In this document: positions 1-11,127 of the stretch, one piece after another
Position numbering within the stretch: position 1 is the stretch's first letter
How the letters are laid out: each line of letters begins with the position of its first letter
Source of the DNA: Lingula anatina
Lineage: Eukaryota; Animalia; Brachiopoda
Direction of reading: 5' to 3'
Length of the DNA: 64,000 bases
Assembly (NCBI GenBank): GCA_051362555.1
Contig: CM120640.1
Location: forward strand, 12,276,001 to 12,340,000
Translations under genes and position numbers: made by a program
Notes under the pieces: model-generated
Told to the model about the DNA's origin: nothing
The model's input: the letters and a program-made list of their open reading frames with translations, nothing else
The model's database searches: none

Positions 1-312
1 ACCAAAAATTGTGTTTTCTTCTATTTTGATGCAACATTACATAATGCTTAACAGCATAATGACCATCGATTTTTAATAATAAATAGATTCTGAACATAGC
101 GGATGATTGAATCTGACAAACTGCAATGATATGAGTTTACTTCCATTTTTGACACTTTATTACACAATACATGATAACAAGTTTACCATGTTTTTTACAT
201 AATCAACTAACAATGTTGTAAAGATGCAGGAAATATCAAACAAACACTTTTAGGCATCTTATTAGTTAAATAATGAGACTGTTAACATGCCTAATAATTG
301 AATCTGAAGACA

Positions 313-1102
313 TGTGAAAAAACAGTATAACTTCTAAAATAATGGCCCGATTATGCTGATTTTCGAACTCATCCTGCGTTTTAGTAAGAACGACCACTCC
401 TGTGAGTATAATTACAATTGGCCAATCCGATTTTCTTATATTGTGTTATCAGTGTTGCATTTATATAGAAAATAGTGAAAAAACAGCATAAATTCCCTAA
501 AAATGGCCCAATCATGCTGATTTTCGAACTTGACCTGGGTATTATGAATATTCATCAGTTCTGTAAGTTTCAAGTCAAAAGGTAAAATGGTTTTCTACTT
601 ATCGTGTTATCGGTGCTGCATATATGCTGAAAAAAGTGAAAAAACAGCATAAATTCCCTAAAAGTGACCCAATCATGCTGATTTTGGAACTCGACCTGCG
701 TATTATGAATATTCATCAGTTCTGTAAGTTTCAAGTCAAAACCTAAAATGGTTTTCCACTTATCGTGTTATCGGTGCTGCATACTGTATATGCTGAAAAA
801 AGTGAAAAAACAGCATAAATTCCCTAAAAGTGACCCGATCATGCTGATTTTCGAAGTTGACCTGCGTATTATGAATATTCATCAGTTCTGTAAGTTTCAA
901 GTCAAAAGGTAAAATGGTTTTCCACTTATCGTGTTATCGGTGCTGCATATATGCTGAAAAAAGTGAAAAAACAGCATAAATTCCCTAAAAGTGACCCGAT
1001 CATGCTGATTTTCGAACTTGACCTGCGTATTATGAATATTCATCAGTTCTGCAAGTTTCAAGTCAAAAGGTAAAATGGTTTTCCACTTATCGTGTTATCG
1101 GT
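313..1102. repeat. Tandem satellite array, ~161-bp unit, ~5 copies
   Basis: Marker (c/t)atgctgattt at 352, 513, 674, 840 and 1001 (periods 161, 161, 166, 161). The first copy is the most diverged. Confidence 0.95.
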
Positions 1103-1174
1103 AAAAGTGCATGGCGACGACAGACGCAGATGATGGCTATATGTACAGACACATCTGTGTCTGTACATAATAAT
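313..1174 (+). mobile_element. Helentron-associated (HINE-like) non-autonomous element carrying the satellite array
   Basis: The array is followed by a gacgacagacg microsatellite-like tract, a perfect 14-bp inverted repeat tatgtacagacaca-tc-tgtgtctgtacata (1140-1169) and an A-rich end. The 5' boundary is not resolved. Confidence 0.6.
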
Positions 1175-1719
1175 GACAAGGCAGCAAAGCTGTCAAATAC
1201 ACAAGCATATAAATGAAAAACCTGAGAGAAGCAGTGACCTTTTCCAGTCTAAAAATGTTGACAATGAACAATTTAACAAGAAAAAGCACACAAAAAAGTT
1301 TTTTTTGTCAATTTTGATGCAATACACATTAATGCTTGAAAGCATAATCACCATGTATCTTACATAATATTCTGCTATCATTGTAGACATTTAGCAAATG
1401 TAACTATCATTAGGGCTTCAGATCCACAGGAACTTCGAACTCGGAACAAAAAAGTCCATTTATGAAAATGAAATGTTCACATTCAAGAAATACCATATCT
1501 GCTAGAAAATGGTCTTATTAGGCTGGTTTTTAATCAGACAACATTTAAGTCCTATGAATCATTCCAATAACCTTGAGAATGATAAGTAACATGGTTTTCC
1601 TTTTAATGTTTATGAATAAAAATTCCAGGAAATTGCATAAGGATGATTATTTGTCCAGACACAGTGTATGTCCTTTTTAAAACGTTTGTTTTCAATTATT
1701 ATTATCACACAAAGTGAAA

Positions 1720-2050
1720 CAGACATGCTGAAAACTTTTCAGAATGGCCGGACATTTGGACCAGCAGTATTAAAAAATTTGTCGGACCAAATGGATTTTT
1801 GTCGGACCGAAAATCAGACAGATACTACCAGTACGATAAGGTAGCTTACTTTTTTTGTGAATGTGACATGTTTGAAATAGGGGGAAATGCTTTGGGTTTT
1901 ATATAATTTTATTAGTGAAGTATGTCGAATGATGACTGTAAATTCTTAAAACTCTTGTTGGTCCTGTGGACCGACCAAGTCAAATTTTTTACTGGTCCAG
2001 ACAAATTTTCCTGGTCATGACCAATCGGACCGACAGTTTCAGCATGTCTG
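1720..2050. mobile_element. MITE with 14-bp TIRs (hAT-like CAG...CTG ends)
   Basis: cagacatgctgaaa (1720-1733) is the exact reverse complement of tttcagcatgtctg (2037-2050). Repeated subterminal ggacc/ggtcc motifs. No clean 8-bp TSD. Confidence 0.7.
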
Positions 2051-4052
2051 GTAAAAGCAAGTACAAGTAATAACAGTGTATGGTTAGCCTGCTTATAACA
2101 TGAGTAGCTGACTGACTGTACATATATATTCTAACCTGAATGCATTTTACCAATATATACATGGATTAAAGGCTGTTAGCAGATATATCATATTTAATAA
2201 GTTACATTAACAACCATATCCTTCAGGATAATCCACCATCTTGATATCCTGTCTGCCATATGAATCTACCTTATCCTACACTTACCTTGTGAAAATATCT
2301 CTAAAAATGTCTCCTTTGCTTTAAATAGCTGTGCTTTTTAACAGCTCTTAATAAACGTGTTTCCGACCAGAATGCTGCACTTTACTGTGCCGCTTTCCTC
2401 CACACGTTGCAATAATGGACAAGTTGAGATACGAATTGCACTGAACCCAATGAGAATCAAATGACAAGGAAAAAATCAATATGAGCACTATGAGTTTAAT
2501 GCTTTAAATTGAAAACATTATGGTGATTACAGGATATTGTGGCAAACTCCTGACTTTTCTGCTTTATGTGCACTAGGTGTAGTTTTAAAACACAGCGACA
2601 ACAAAGTCCATAACGTTATGATGGAGGAACTACACTGTACAAATATCAAACTAATGACCATTAGTAAAAGTTTTCAGTGTTTTTTCTTACATTTCTACAT
2701 AAAAATTTAGTGCAAAGTGTAAACTTTCAAAAATATTTCCAATCTGATATGTTTTATTACTAAAATTAAAGCAACTTTTCAATACATAGTTGACTTTGCC
2801 AGAATGATTACCACTTTTAATAATTTCATGCAACAAGTATTGATTTCTATGGGACAAGTGTCATGGGAGGATGCTTTTGATAGACAGATATTGTCATCAA
2901 ATGTCAAACCAATTAAACATAATTGCAACTGCACACCTATGGCTTTGATTGGCTACAGGTTCTTCTACACAAAGTGCTTACAACCTTACCTGACCTATGA
3001 TTTCTGCTAGATCCCTGAGATACAGGACAATATTACATACAGGTATATGGGCCACTCAGGAATATCTGCACAAGTTGAATAGGCATCCATAATAAGATGT
3101 TCGGTTGTCAAAAATCTTGTAAATATCATACCTGATGATGTCTCACTTTTGTTACACCTTGAATCTGTCCCTCTGGCATATATCAATAAATAAAATAATC
3201 ATTTATAGAATTTATTAAAGACATCTTTATAATACAATAATTTATTAAAGAAGCATTTTTCTATCAAATTATCATGTTTTCTATGTGCCCACCTCATTTT
3301 ACCAGTCCAATCGATTGTAAATCCAACAGCACCTTTTAATAAATTTAGAGCAATGTTCCATTGTGTATCTAGTATATCAAAATATAAAATGCTTATAATC
3401 CCTGTTCATCTTTTTAGAAAAAAATTATAATCATCATTTCTCATTTAAAATATACTGAACAATAAATCAATTTGATAATAAAAAAATCATGAAAGAAGTA
3501 GGGCTTTTTCTCTTGAGGCAATCATGGCATAATAGTCAGGTTAAGATATCTTTAAAGAGTTATTAATTTTTAATCAAATTCTTGCTTTTATACTGAATAT
3601 GGCTTTCCTCTTTATGGCACACATCTGCAGTTTGTGCATCTGCAATAATGCTGAATGGAGACAGCAAGCACAAGGAGAAACTCAGACCCTTAAATGGGGC
3701 AGTTTTACTGTTAGAGAAAAAAAATACAAATCTGCAATATGTACTCACCATTTGTTTGTTTGTTTTTTTTTTAATCTAGTCCTTGATGAAAATAAAGTTC
3801 TTTTCCTGTTTTCTTAAGTATACGAGACCCTCAGTTGAAATTTCAATAATTAACCAAACCTTTAATATAATCAAAAATGATATATTAAGACCTATTATAT
3901 CTAAATGAGAACTGATTGATATATTACAATCTGCTATCTAAATGAGAGTTCAACTGACTGGTGACAGGGTCATATTAAACATTTCTGTTAAAAAAAAAAC
4001 AAACAAACATTTTAGATGCATTATAAACACGAAACAGTAAAATCTTGTCATG

Positions 4053-4358
4053 CTAGAAAAGCACTCAGAGAGCACAGACCTCCGCCAAGGATCCTGCACT
4101 GATAAATTGTGGTAGTTGAGAGAGATATCCACTGCACAAGGTGAAGGTCATTGGCCCTATCTCGCAATGATGAATTTGAAGTAGTTTAAAAATTCTTTGA
4201 TTTAGATGGCGATCACTTCATATTTACTAGTAGCTTATTTAAGGCATATCCAGAAAATTTCATGAAAATTCATTTTTATCGTTTTGAGTTTGGCTGTTGA
4301 CAAACAGAAAGACAAATGAAGGTGAAAACATAACCTACTTAACTGGCATCAGTAATAA
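4053..4358 (+). mobile_element. Degenerate HINE/Helentron-like element
   Basis: 5' ctagaaaagcactcagagagcacagacctccgccaagg; internal aaaatttcatgaaaat; 3' acaaacagaaagacaaa...gaaaacataacct...gtaataaaa. This layout is typical of these non-autonomous elements. Confidence 0.5.
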
Positions 4359-7300
4359 AATGTCCACCAAGTGATATAATATTAACAGAATCAAAAATTA
4401 TTTTTTTTAATTTGAAAGGATTACAGTTACATCTTACCCAAAAGAAAATATAAATAAATAAATAAATACCAACAACATTTTGTGTGGGTTTCCAATATAC
4501 TATACTGTGAGTTACATTCCCCAGCCCCGACCTATGTACAAAATGTATTGTGGTCTACATATGGGCAATTAATTCATAAATTACCTGTTCATAACCAAAC
4601 CAGCATGTTGCAATATGACATTGAAAAAGTAACACTCACTCAATACTTATCTGCCATAGACACATTGGATAAAATGTATATACAAATGAACAGAATCATA
4701 AATGCAGATTTCAATCAAAGGACTACACAGGCCCTTTTTCATATCATCTCACTACACAATAAACCAGACAAAACATTTCCCTGGCTTTTCAAAGAAGCAG
4801 GGAGTTAGTGAGATTGATCGGAAAAGCTCCACCAAACCAAGATATCTGTGCATTTACAGGAATCTCATAAAAACTGATCATATTTTTGTTGATGCCAAAT
4901 AAGAGGTCTTTGCCATATAAGTGGCCTGTAAGTTTATGTTCCGAGATATTCCAATGCTATTGCTTGTTAATATATATTCTAATTAATGAAATTTTGCTTA
5001 CTGGTATGCCATAGTATTACCTGTTGAACTTGCACTTTTATTCAATGATAAATAAATCAAATTAAAGAAAGTTTCAGCAGTTTCTTCCGAAATCTCTTGG
5101 AAAAGGTGACTTATTGGTTCTATGCATACTTGCTCTCAGCTTCTTTTTTTTTTTTTTTTTTGAGCCGCGAGCAAAGAGCATTCTTTTTTTCTATCCACCT
5201 GATACAAGAACATATTTTGTCATAGACATGTTCAAAATAACTAATTAAAATCTAACTGCTTTGGACAGTGATAAAAGTGCTGTGTTATTGCTGCAGAAGA
5301 AAAATATTAAACTTCTGATAGCCTATTAGGTATATATATATGATGAAGAGAGAGAGACTGTACAGCAGGCAGTCAGTGGACATGGCAGTTGGCAACAGAC
5401 ACTGAAACTTCTGATCAGTGATAGTTTGCCCATGTAGTTTGTTAAACATATGATGTAATATCAAGCATAAATAATGGTCGTTATTACCTTATCATGTTTA
5501 CTCAAACAGCTTTATTTCACCACAGAGCTGTTATGTTTTAGCCACACCAACCAAGGAATCTGAATCAGCTGAATCTTCTGACAAGCAATTTAGACCTGCA
5601 TGCTTTTTTTCTTTAGACCTGGAGAGTTGCAAAGCATTCTGTTGGGTGTAAAAAGCAAATAAAACACTTACAAAGTCACTGTATTTATCTACTTTATTAT
5701 TCATATGGATTGCAACTCAATACGACTGCATAAACAAAGCATATCAATTTTGGTAGGTCTAAGCATGCGTATCCAATACTTTCATGGTTCAGCCCTGGGT
5801 CACACAGGCTGACAAAATGAACACATTATTGTATGTAGTAAGTGTTGAACCTTAATTCATTGTACATACCAAGTCAGTCTTTGGACATTGCACTTATGGT
5901 ACAAGATTAAGCTGGGCAACTTAGCCCTTTTGATACCTAATGTAACATCAAATCACGACTCTGCTATAGATGTCTTTTGTCAGGCAGAACTGATATATAT
6001 GTATGGTTAGTGGCATTGTCATCTAGTATTCAAGGCAGACCTTTTGTATATAAAGTGATTAAGCTGAAAGGCACAAGAGATTAATTATTGGTATGAAATA
6101 TTCTTAGAGATGGATTTGCTGTATTTTTGATACTTTTCCCTTAATCCTTTATATATTGACTTGACACTGTCTATTTATTCATAACAGTGTTTGCAAACTC
6201 ATTTCACGTTTCAATTTTTTTTACTTCATTCATCAATTCAGAATTTGTTCCTCACCATCATGAGCTTCTACATCAGATCTTGAATTTGGATGCTCTTTCT
6301 TGAGACTAATTTAGTCTAAATGTTTTCACAATACACTTCAGTGATGTTTTTATTTACTTTTCAATATGACAAAACTTGGTTTATTTCGAAACAAAAATCA
6401 GTCCATTATCTTTTAGTGAACTTAAACTCGAGGCATTTCAAATTGTAAAAACCATGCAGTGTTTGTGTACATATGTATTTGCATGACCCAATGCCTCCAC
6501 TATAATATTCTGATTTCTTCTGTCAACAATCTCTGGTCAATAAAAATGCAGATTTTTATGACAATCAAGTTGCCAGGTCAATATTACATTGTCCTACCTT
6601 ACCGTTACTCATACCTTACATTGTACTGGGAAATTAAACTGCATAGGATGCATCTCATTTAATGGAAACGTCAATTTTAGCACTTATATTTTCTTTTTTT
6701 AAGCCAAAACCTAATAACTGTGAACAGCTATAAATGGTTCTATATTAATGCCTTCACCTTCAGAATTAAATATACAATGTACCATCAACCTCTGACAAAA
6801 ACAGACCTTGAAAAATCAGCAACTTTCACAGTGAAGCTAATTTGCTCAATTGCAATTTTTTTGAGGGGGGTACAGTACTGTTTTAACTAGATTTCAGTAT
6901 TATATTTTATATTTGACAACTTTACGGCAATCAATCATGGTATCACCTGTAATCTCTTCTTAAGGAGAATTTATATAATCGGATTTCTTAAGAGAGTGAT
7001 CTACATGATATTACTACTATACCACCATCTGGACTGTGTTTCACAAAATAACTTACAATTTACACATCGAGATAGAAAATGTTTACAAAAAAAGTAAAAA
7101 TTAAGAACTGTCCATTGGCAATCTGATTGTATGACAAATGAGGTGTTGAATGCCTGTAGCCAGCCATTTCAGGAGGTGGGGGCCGGGAGTGTATTTTTCT
7201 CAAGAAGTGGATTTTTTACCATCCTGTAGCTCAAATTTTACAGAACAAACCTTTTCATGGCAAAAAGTGAAGTTTGTTTGAAACCCCCTGAATCCCACCT

Positions 7301-7430
7301 GTCTGCGGGCCTGTGTTGGATTGTCACCATTTCTTCTTCAATAACATTAAGTACATTGTACGTGCAGCATAAACTACTACTGGGAGACAACAAAATCCTT
7401 AAACTGACGTGCAGTAGGCTATATGATTTA

Positions 7431-7633
7431 GACTGCATTCCCACAGATTTAGATCGATCCATCTGGATCGACATAACTCCCTGGGGGTTCACGCTAAATT
7501 GCAGTCAGCCGAGCACACATGGAAGTTACAGCTTTTAGTAGGCAGGACAGACATTTAAGCCGGCTAAGCTGACAGTAATCTAGTGAGACTCCCCACGGGG
7601 ATAGATCGATCTAAAATCTGTGGGAATGCAGTC
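7431..7633. mobile_element. MITE family A (PIF/Harbinger, Tourist-like), copy 1
   Basis: TIR gactgcattcccacagattt... / ...aaatctgtgggaatgcagtc; TTA TSD at 7428-7430 and 7634-7636; internal gatcgatc motifs. Confidence 0.9.
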
Positions 7634-8111
7634 TTAGACAGCACTAGAAACAGCACCCTGAACTTATGTGTTACAGCATTCAACCAGAGGCATTCAGCAG
7701 TTTAAGCAAGGTGGCGAGAGGCCAGACAGGATCGCAAGTGATAATGTATTTGTGCTTTGCAAGCATTGATCAAAAGACATTTGGAAGTACTGGTACTGGT
7801 ACGTACACATTCCCATTGTTTGTAAATTTGCCGAGTTATATGCTCTTTACTTCCAAATGTACATGTATATATATATACCGAGATGCTATGCTTATTACCA
7901 TATACGAACACAACAGTTAATGAAGAGTTTACTGACCACAAAGGCAGTGGCTCTCGTATTTGATCTACACTGGATTACAATTATTTACAGACCTCGCAAT
8001 GAATCACATCTTCGCCAAGCCCAAGACCGACGAAACCGACCGCATTGGATAAATTATATAGACAAGTTAGGATACACATTTTTGAGCTTTTAATACTTAT
8101 CATATACTTAC

Positions 8112-8300
8112 CCATCACATCCACAAAATGTGCAAATGTAGTTGTTTGAACGGAACACGTAATATTCAGCACAAGTCAGTGACAAGTCCACTCGCTACAC
8201 GATGATAGTGAAGCGACACAGTACTGCACAGAATCATGCAGGTTGCTGTGACGTCACTTCCGTCAACAAAACCACGGAAAAGACCACCTGCCTGGCAGCT
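8112..8300 (-). promoter_or_regulatory. CpG-rich promoter and putative first exon of a minus-strand gene running off the left edge
   Basis: GTGACGTCAC palindrome (8248-8257) overlaps ACTTCCG (8256-8262). Local CpG enrichment. Strong minus-strand donor GG|gtaagt after 8112. Confidence 0.5.
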
Positions 8301-10184
8301 GTCTGGATTTACGGCAGATTTAGGGTTTATGTGGCGCATTAGCACCACTACCTTAAACAGTTACGTGTAGCATTGGATCTGTTTAATTGGTCCTGGCATG
8401 TAATTTTTGCTTCGCAACGGTTACGGTGACTCCCTTCGCAGTAATAATTGAACGATCGAAATAGATGTTTTCTTTACCTTCTGCATTATTAACCCTACTC
8501 TGTATTAAATGGGGCGAATAAAATTATTGATATATCCAATTTATAAATGTGGTCATGATGGCATTATTAACACAAATTATGAAATGTCAGTTTTTACTGT
8601 ACAGATACCAGGCCTACCCAACTACTATACCAGACTCGGCACCGAATGATCCTGAATTCACCGGTAGATCAGACCACACTACCCGTTTTTAATGTCATGT
8701 AGGCCCACAAGTCGTCGAAAATAGTTTAAAGTTAAGTTAAATATTCCGCATCTAAAGTTTATCCCTTTTGACTTAAGTCGCAATAGCTGTATCCCTAAAC
8801 GCATCATATTGTCAAAAAAAGATCTCAAAAATTACTAAGGGCAGGTATACCAAGACCTCACTGTAAGAATAGAAGGGAATGGGGGGCGTGTGTTGCGAAA
8901 TGGAATTGCTTTCAGTGAATACTCGACATACTAGAATACATCTATACAAACGGTGCTTAATGATTAGAACACCAATGTTCCTTGAAACGCGTTTTTATTC
9001 AAGATTGACCTCCTGTATCTTGAATAATAATAATATTAACAGATTTTGATATGGAAAGCCCGTGTGGATAAATTGCTTGAAAATAATAGAAAAGGTAAAA
9101 TATAAACGTATCAAGCCTGAATTGGAAAGTAAATGCAAAAATGCATTTAAGATCAAGTATTTCGCAGGAAGAAAAATTCGCCTACGTACTGAATAAACGG
9201 AATAGGCCTACGTCACACCCCGGGTTGACCCGTCTTTGGAGGGTCTGATAACTCTGTGAAATATAGTCTTTGGGATAGACAATTAAATGAACTCTTTACA
9301 TGTTATATTTGATCTCCTTTTGCAACCAAACCACACAATATATTTACCCAGAACTTGGGGGAAGCTTTGTTAGAAATGGACCTCCCTTCTCTAGATAAAA
9401 TGTCTGGAAACGGGCGCACGGTCTTTGTAACCCATTTCTCTTTTCCACTGCAAGCATGTGGTTTCAATGTTCCAGGGCGTTTTTCCTTTGTATAAATTCT
9501 TATTTTCATTCTACTTTTGGGGCTGGTTACATGTATTCTTTCTTCATAGATTTGTGTGGACAGTTAATAGGCAGAAAAATTTATCATTCCTACGGTCTGC
9601 AAGACTCGTGCGGCTTCACAACGTATTTATCGATCGATATTGTGCACGCTCAACTAACACACTCTACAGCTGAAATCAACTTCACCAGCTCTAGCTCTCA
9701 ACTCCTTGCAATGGTCTCATAGCATTGCATTTTACAATGACAAAAAATGTGGTAAATAGCAAGAAGGGCCTTTACAAATTTTTTAGCATAAAATTTAAAC
9801 TATTTTCGTATTAATAAAACATTTTTTATAGTTTTTATACACCTAAAGCAATTTAAAACAGATATTGATTAATCTAAGAAAGAAAAAACCAAGGGAAATA
9901 ATTTTTATTGAAACAACTATAAAATATACACAACAGTCTCAAAGCATCTTGTTGTAAAACATGGCTTTAAAAATAATAAAAAAACCTTAGTAACAGATAC
10001 TACTGAATTTCATGTCTTCCAAAAACATTTTAAGTACTTGCAATAACTGGGACAATTAATAGTTCGGCTTGACTGGCACATGCAATTCTCACAATGATGC
10101 AATTAAAAGATGTTGCTTTGGTGTACTTCTATTGACTAAATGCTGGACACTGAAGTCTGCTGATGTTTTGAAAAGGCACTGTAA

Positions 10185-10663
10185 GGCTTCGTTCACATGG
10201 AAAGTCTATTTTCTAAAAATCTATTTTCTATTCGCGGTATACCTTGTGATCACGGTCTGTGCCCTAAATATCCCGCAGCGTAATTACTGGCTGTGCGAGC
10301 CAGTTACTTCCAAAGCTGTAATTAATTCTCGACTGTGCTCGGAGGAGATTCTGATACCTTGACGCATGCGCGTCGCAGTTGCTTTGAATGTGTTTGTCGA
10401 TTTTGTGCAACAACAAAACGAAGATGAAGAAGCTATACACACGACAGATACGTGTGCAACCGTCATCATCCGATGGCAAGCGATGCGAATTAGATTTTAC
10501 AGAATGCGAGCACAACTGAGAATTAATTACAGCTTTGTATAAGTAACTGGCTCGCGTTGCCAGTAATTACGCCATGGGATATTCAGGGCACAGACCGTGA
10601 TCATAAGATACCGCGAATAGAAAATAGATTTTTAGAAAATAGACTTTCCATGTGTACGAAGCC
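10185..10663. mobile_element. MITE family B (PIF/Harbinger), long fold-back TIRs of ~155 bp
   Basis: ggcttcgttcacatggaaagtctattttctaaaaatc... mirrors ...gatttttagaaaatagactttccatgtgtacgaagcc; TAA TSD at 10182-10184 and 10664-10666. Confidence 0.92.
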
Positions 10664-11127
10664 TAACTCTTAATATTTATAAAGAAAAGGGTAATTTCAT
10701 CTAAAACAACTTTACCCCAATTCACTTTTACTACTTAATACAATTAAGGTAAATACAAATTGTTCACTTGCAGTGGTGAAAGCATTATCAGCTATATTGT
10801 ATTCAGACATTTTGCCTAATTTTTGAAGTTTTTATCATTTAAAATATGGTCTTCAAACTCTAGTTTGAAATGGAAATATGAAAACATAGTTGGAAACATG
10901 TAAGAGATGTTTTCAAATAAGTTTTAAAATGTAATGCTTTGTCCAAACAGTGCATGAAAAACCTGATAACTACCTAAATAGTCTTTCATTCACTTATGTA
11001 ACAAACTGTTAGGAAGTGAATTTTCATTTATCTTTTTAAAATCCTTAAACCTCTTCCCAAAAAGTCTTCAGTTTCCCAAAGGGTGACTACATATAACACT
11101 GCTCCTGGCCATTGTGTGTCTGCTATA

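Noticed and set aside
313-1102. CRISPR-like array
   Set aside because: Head-to-tail 161-bp units with no unique spacers, in eukaryotic DNA; this is a satellite.
5340-5414. C/D snoRNA-like ATGATGA...CTGA spacing
   Set aside because: No terminal stem, no recognisable rRNA-antisense guide, and no plus-strand host transcript evident.
10069-10515. ORFs 10069-10362 and 28546-28938 sharing the peptide ITVCALNIP..NYW
   Set aside because: The similarity comes from the shared MITE-B arm, not from a protein family.
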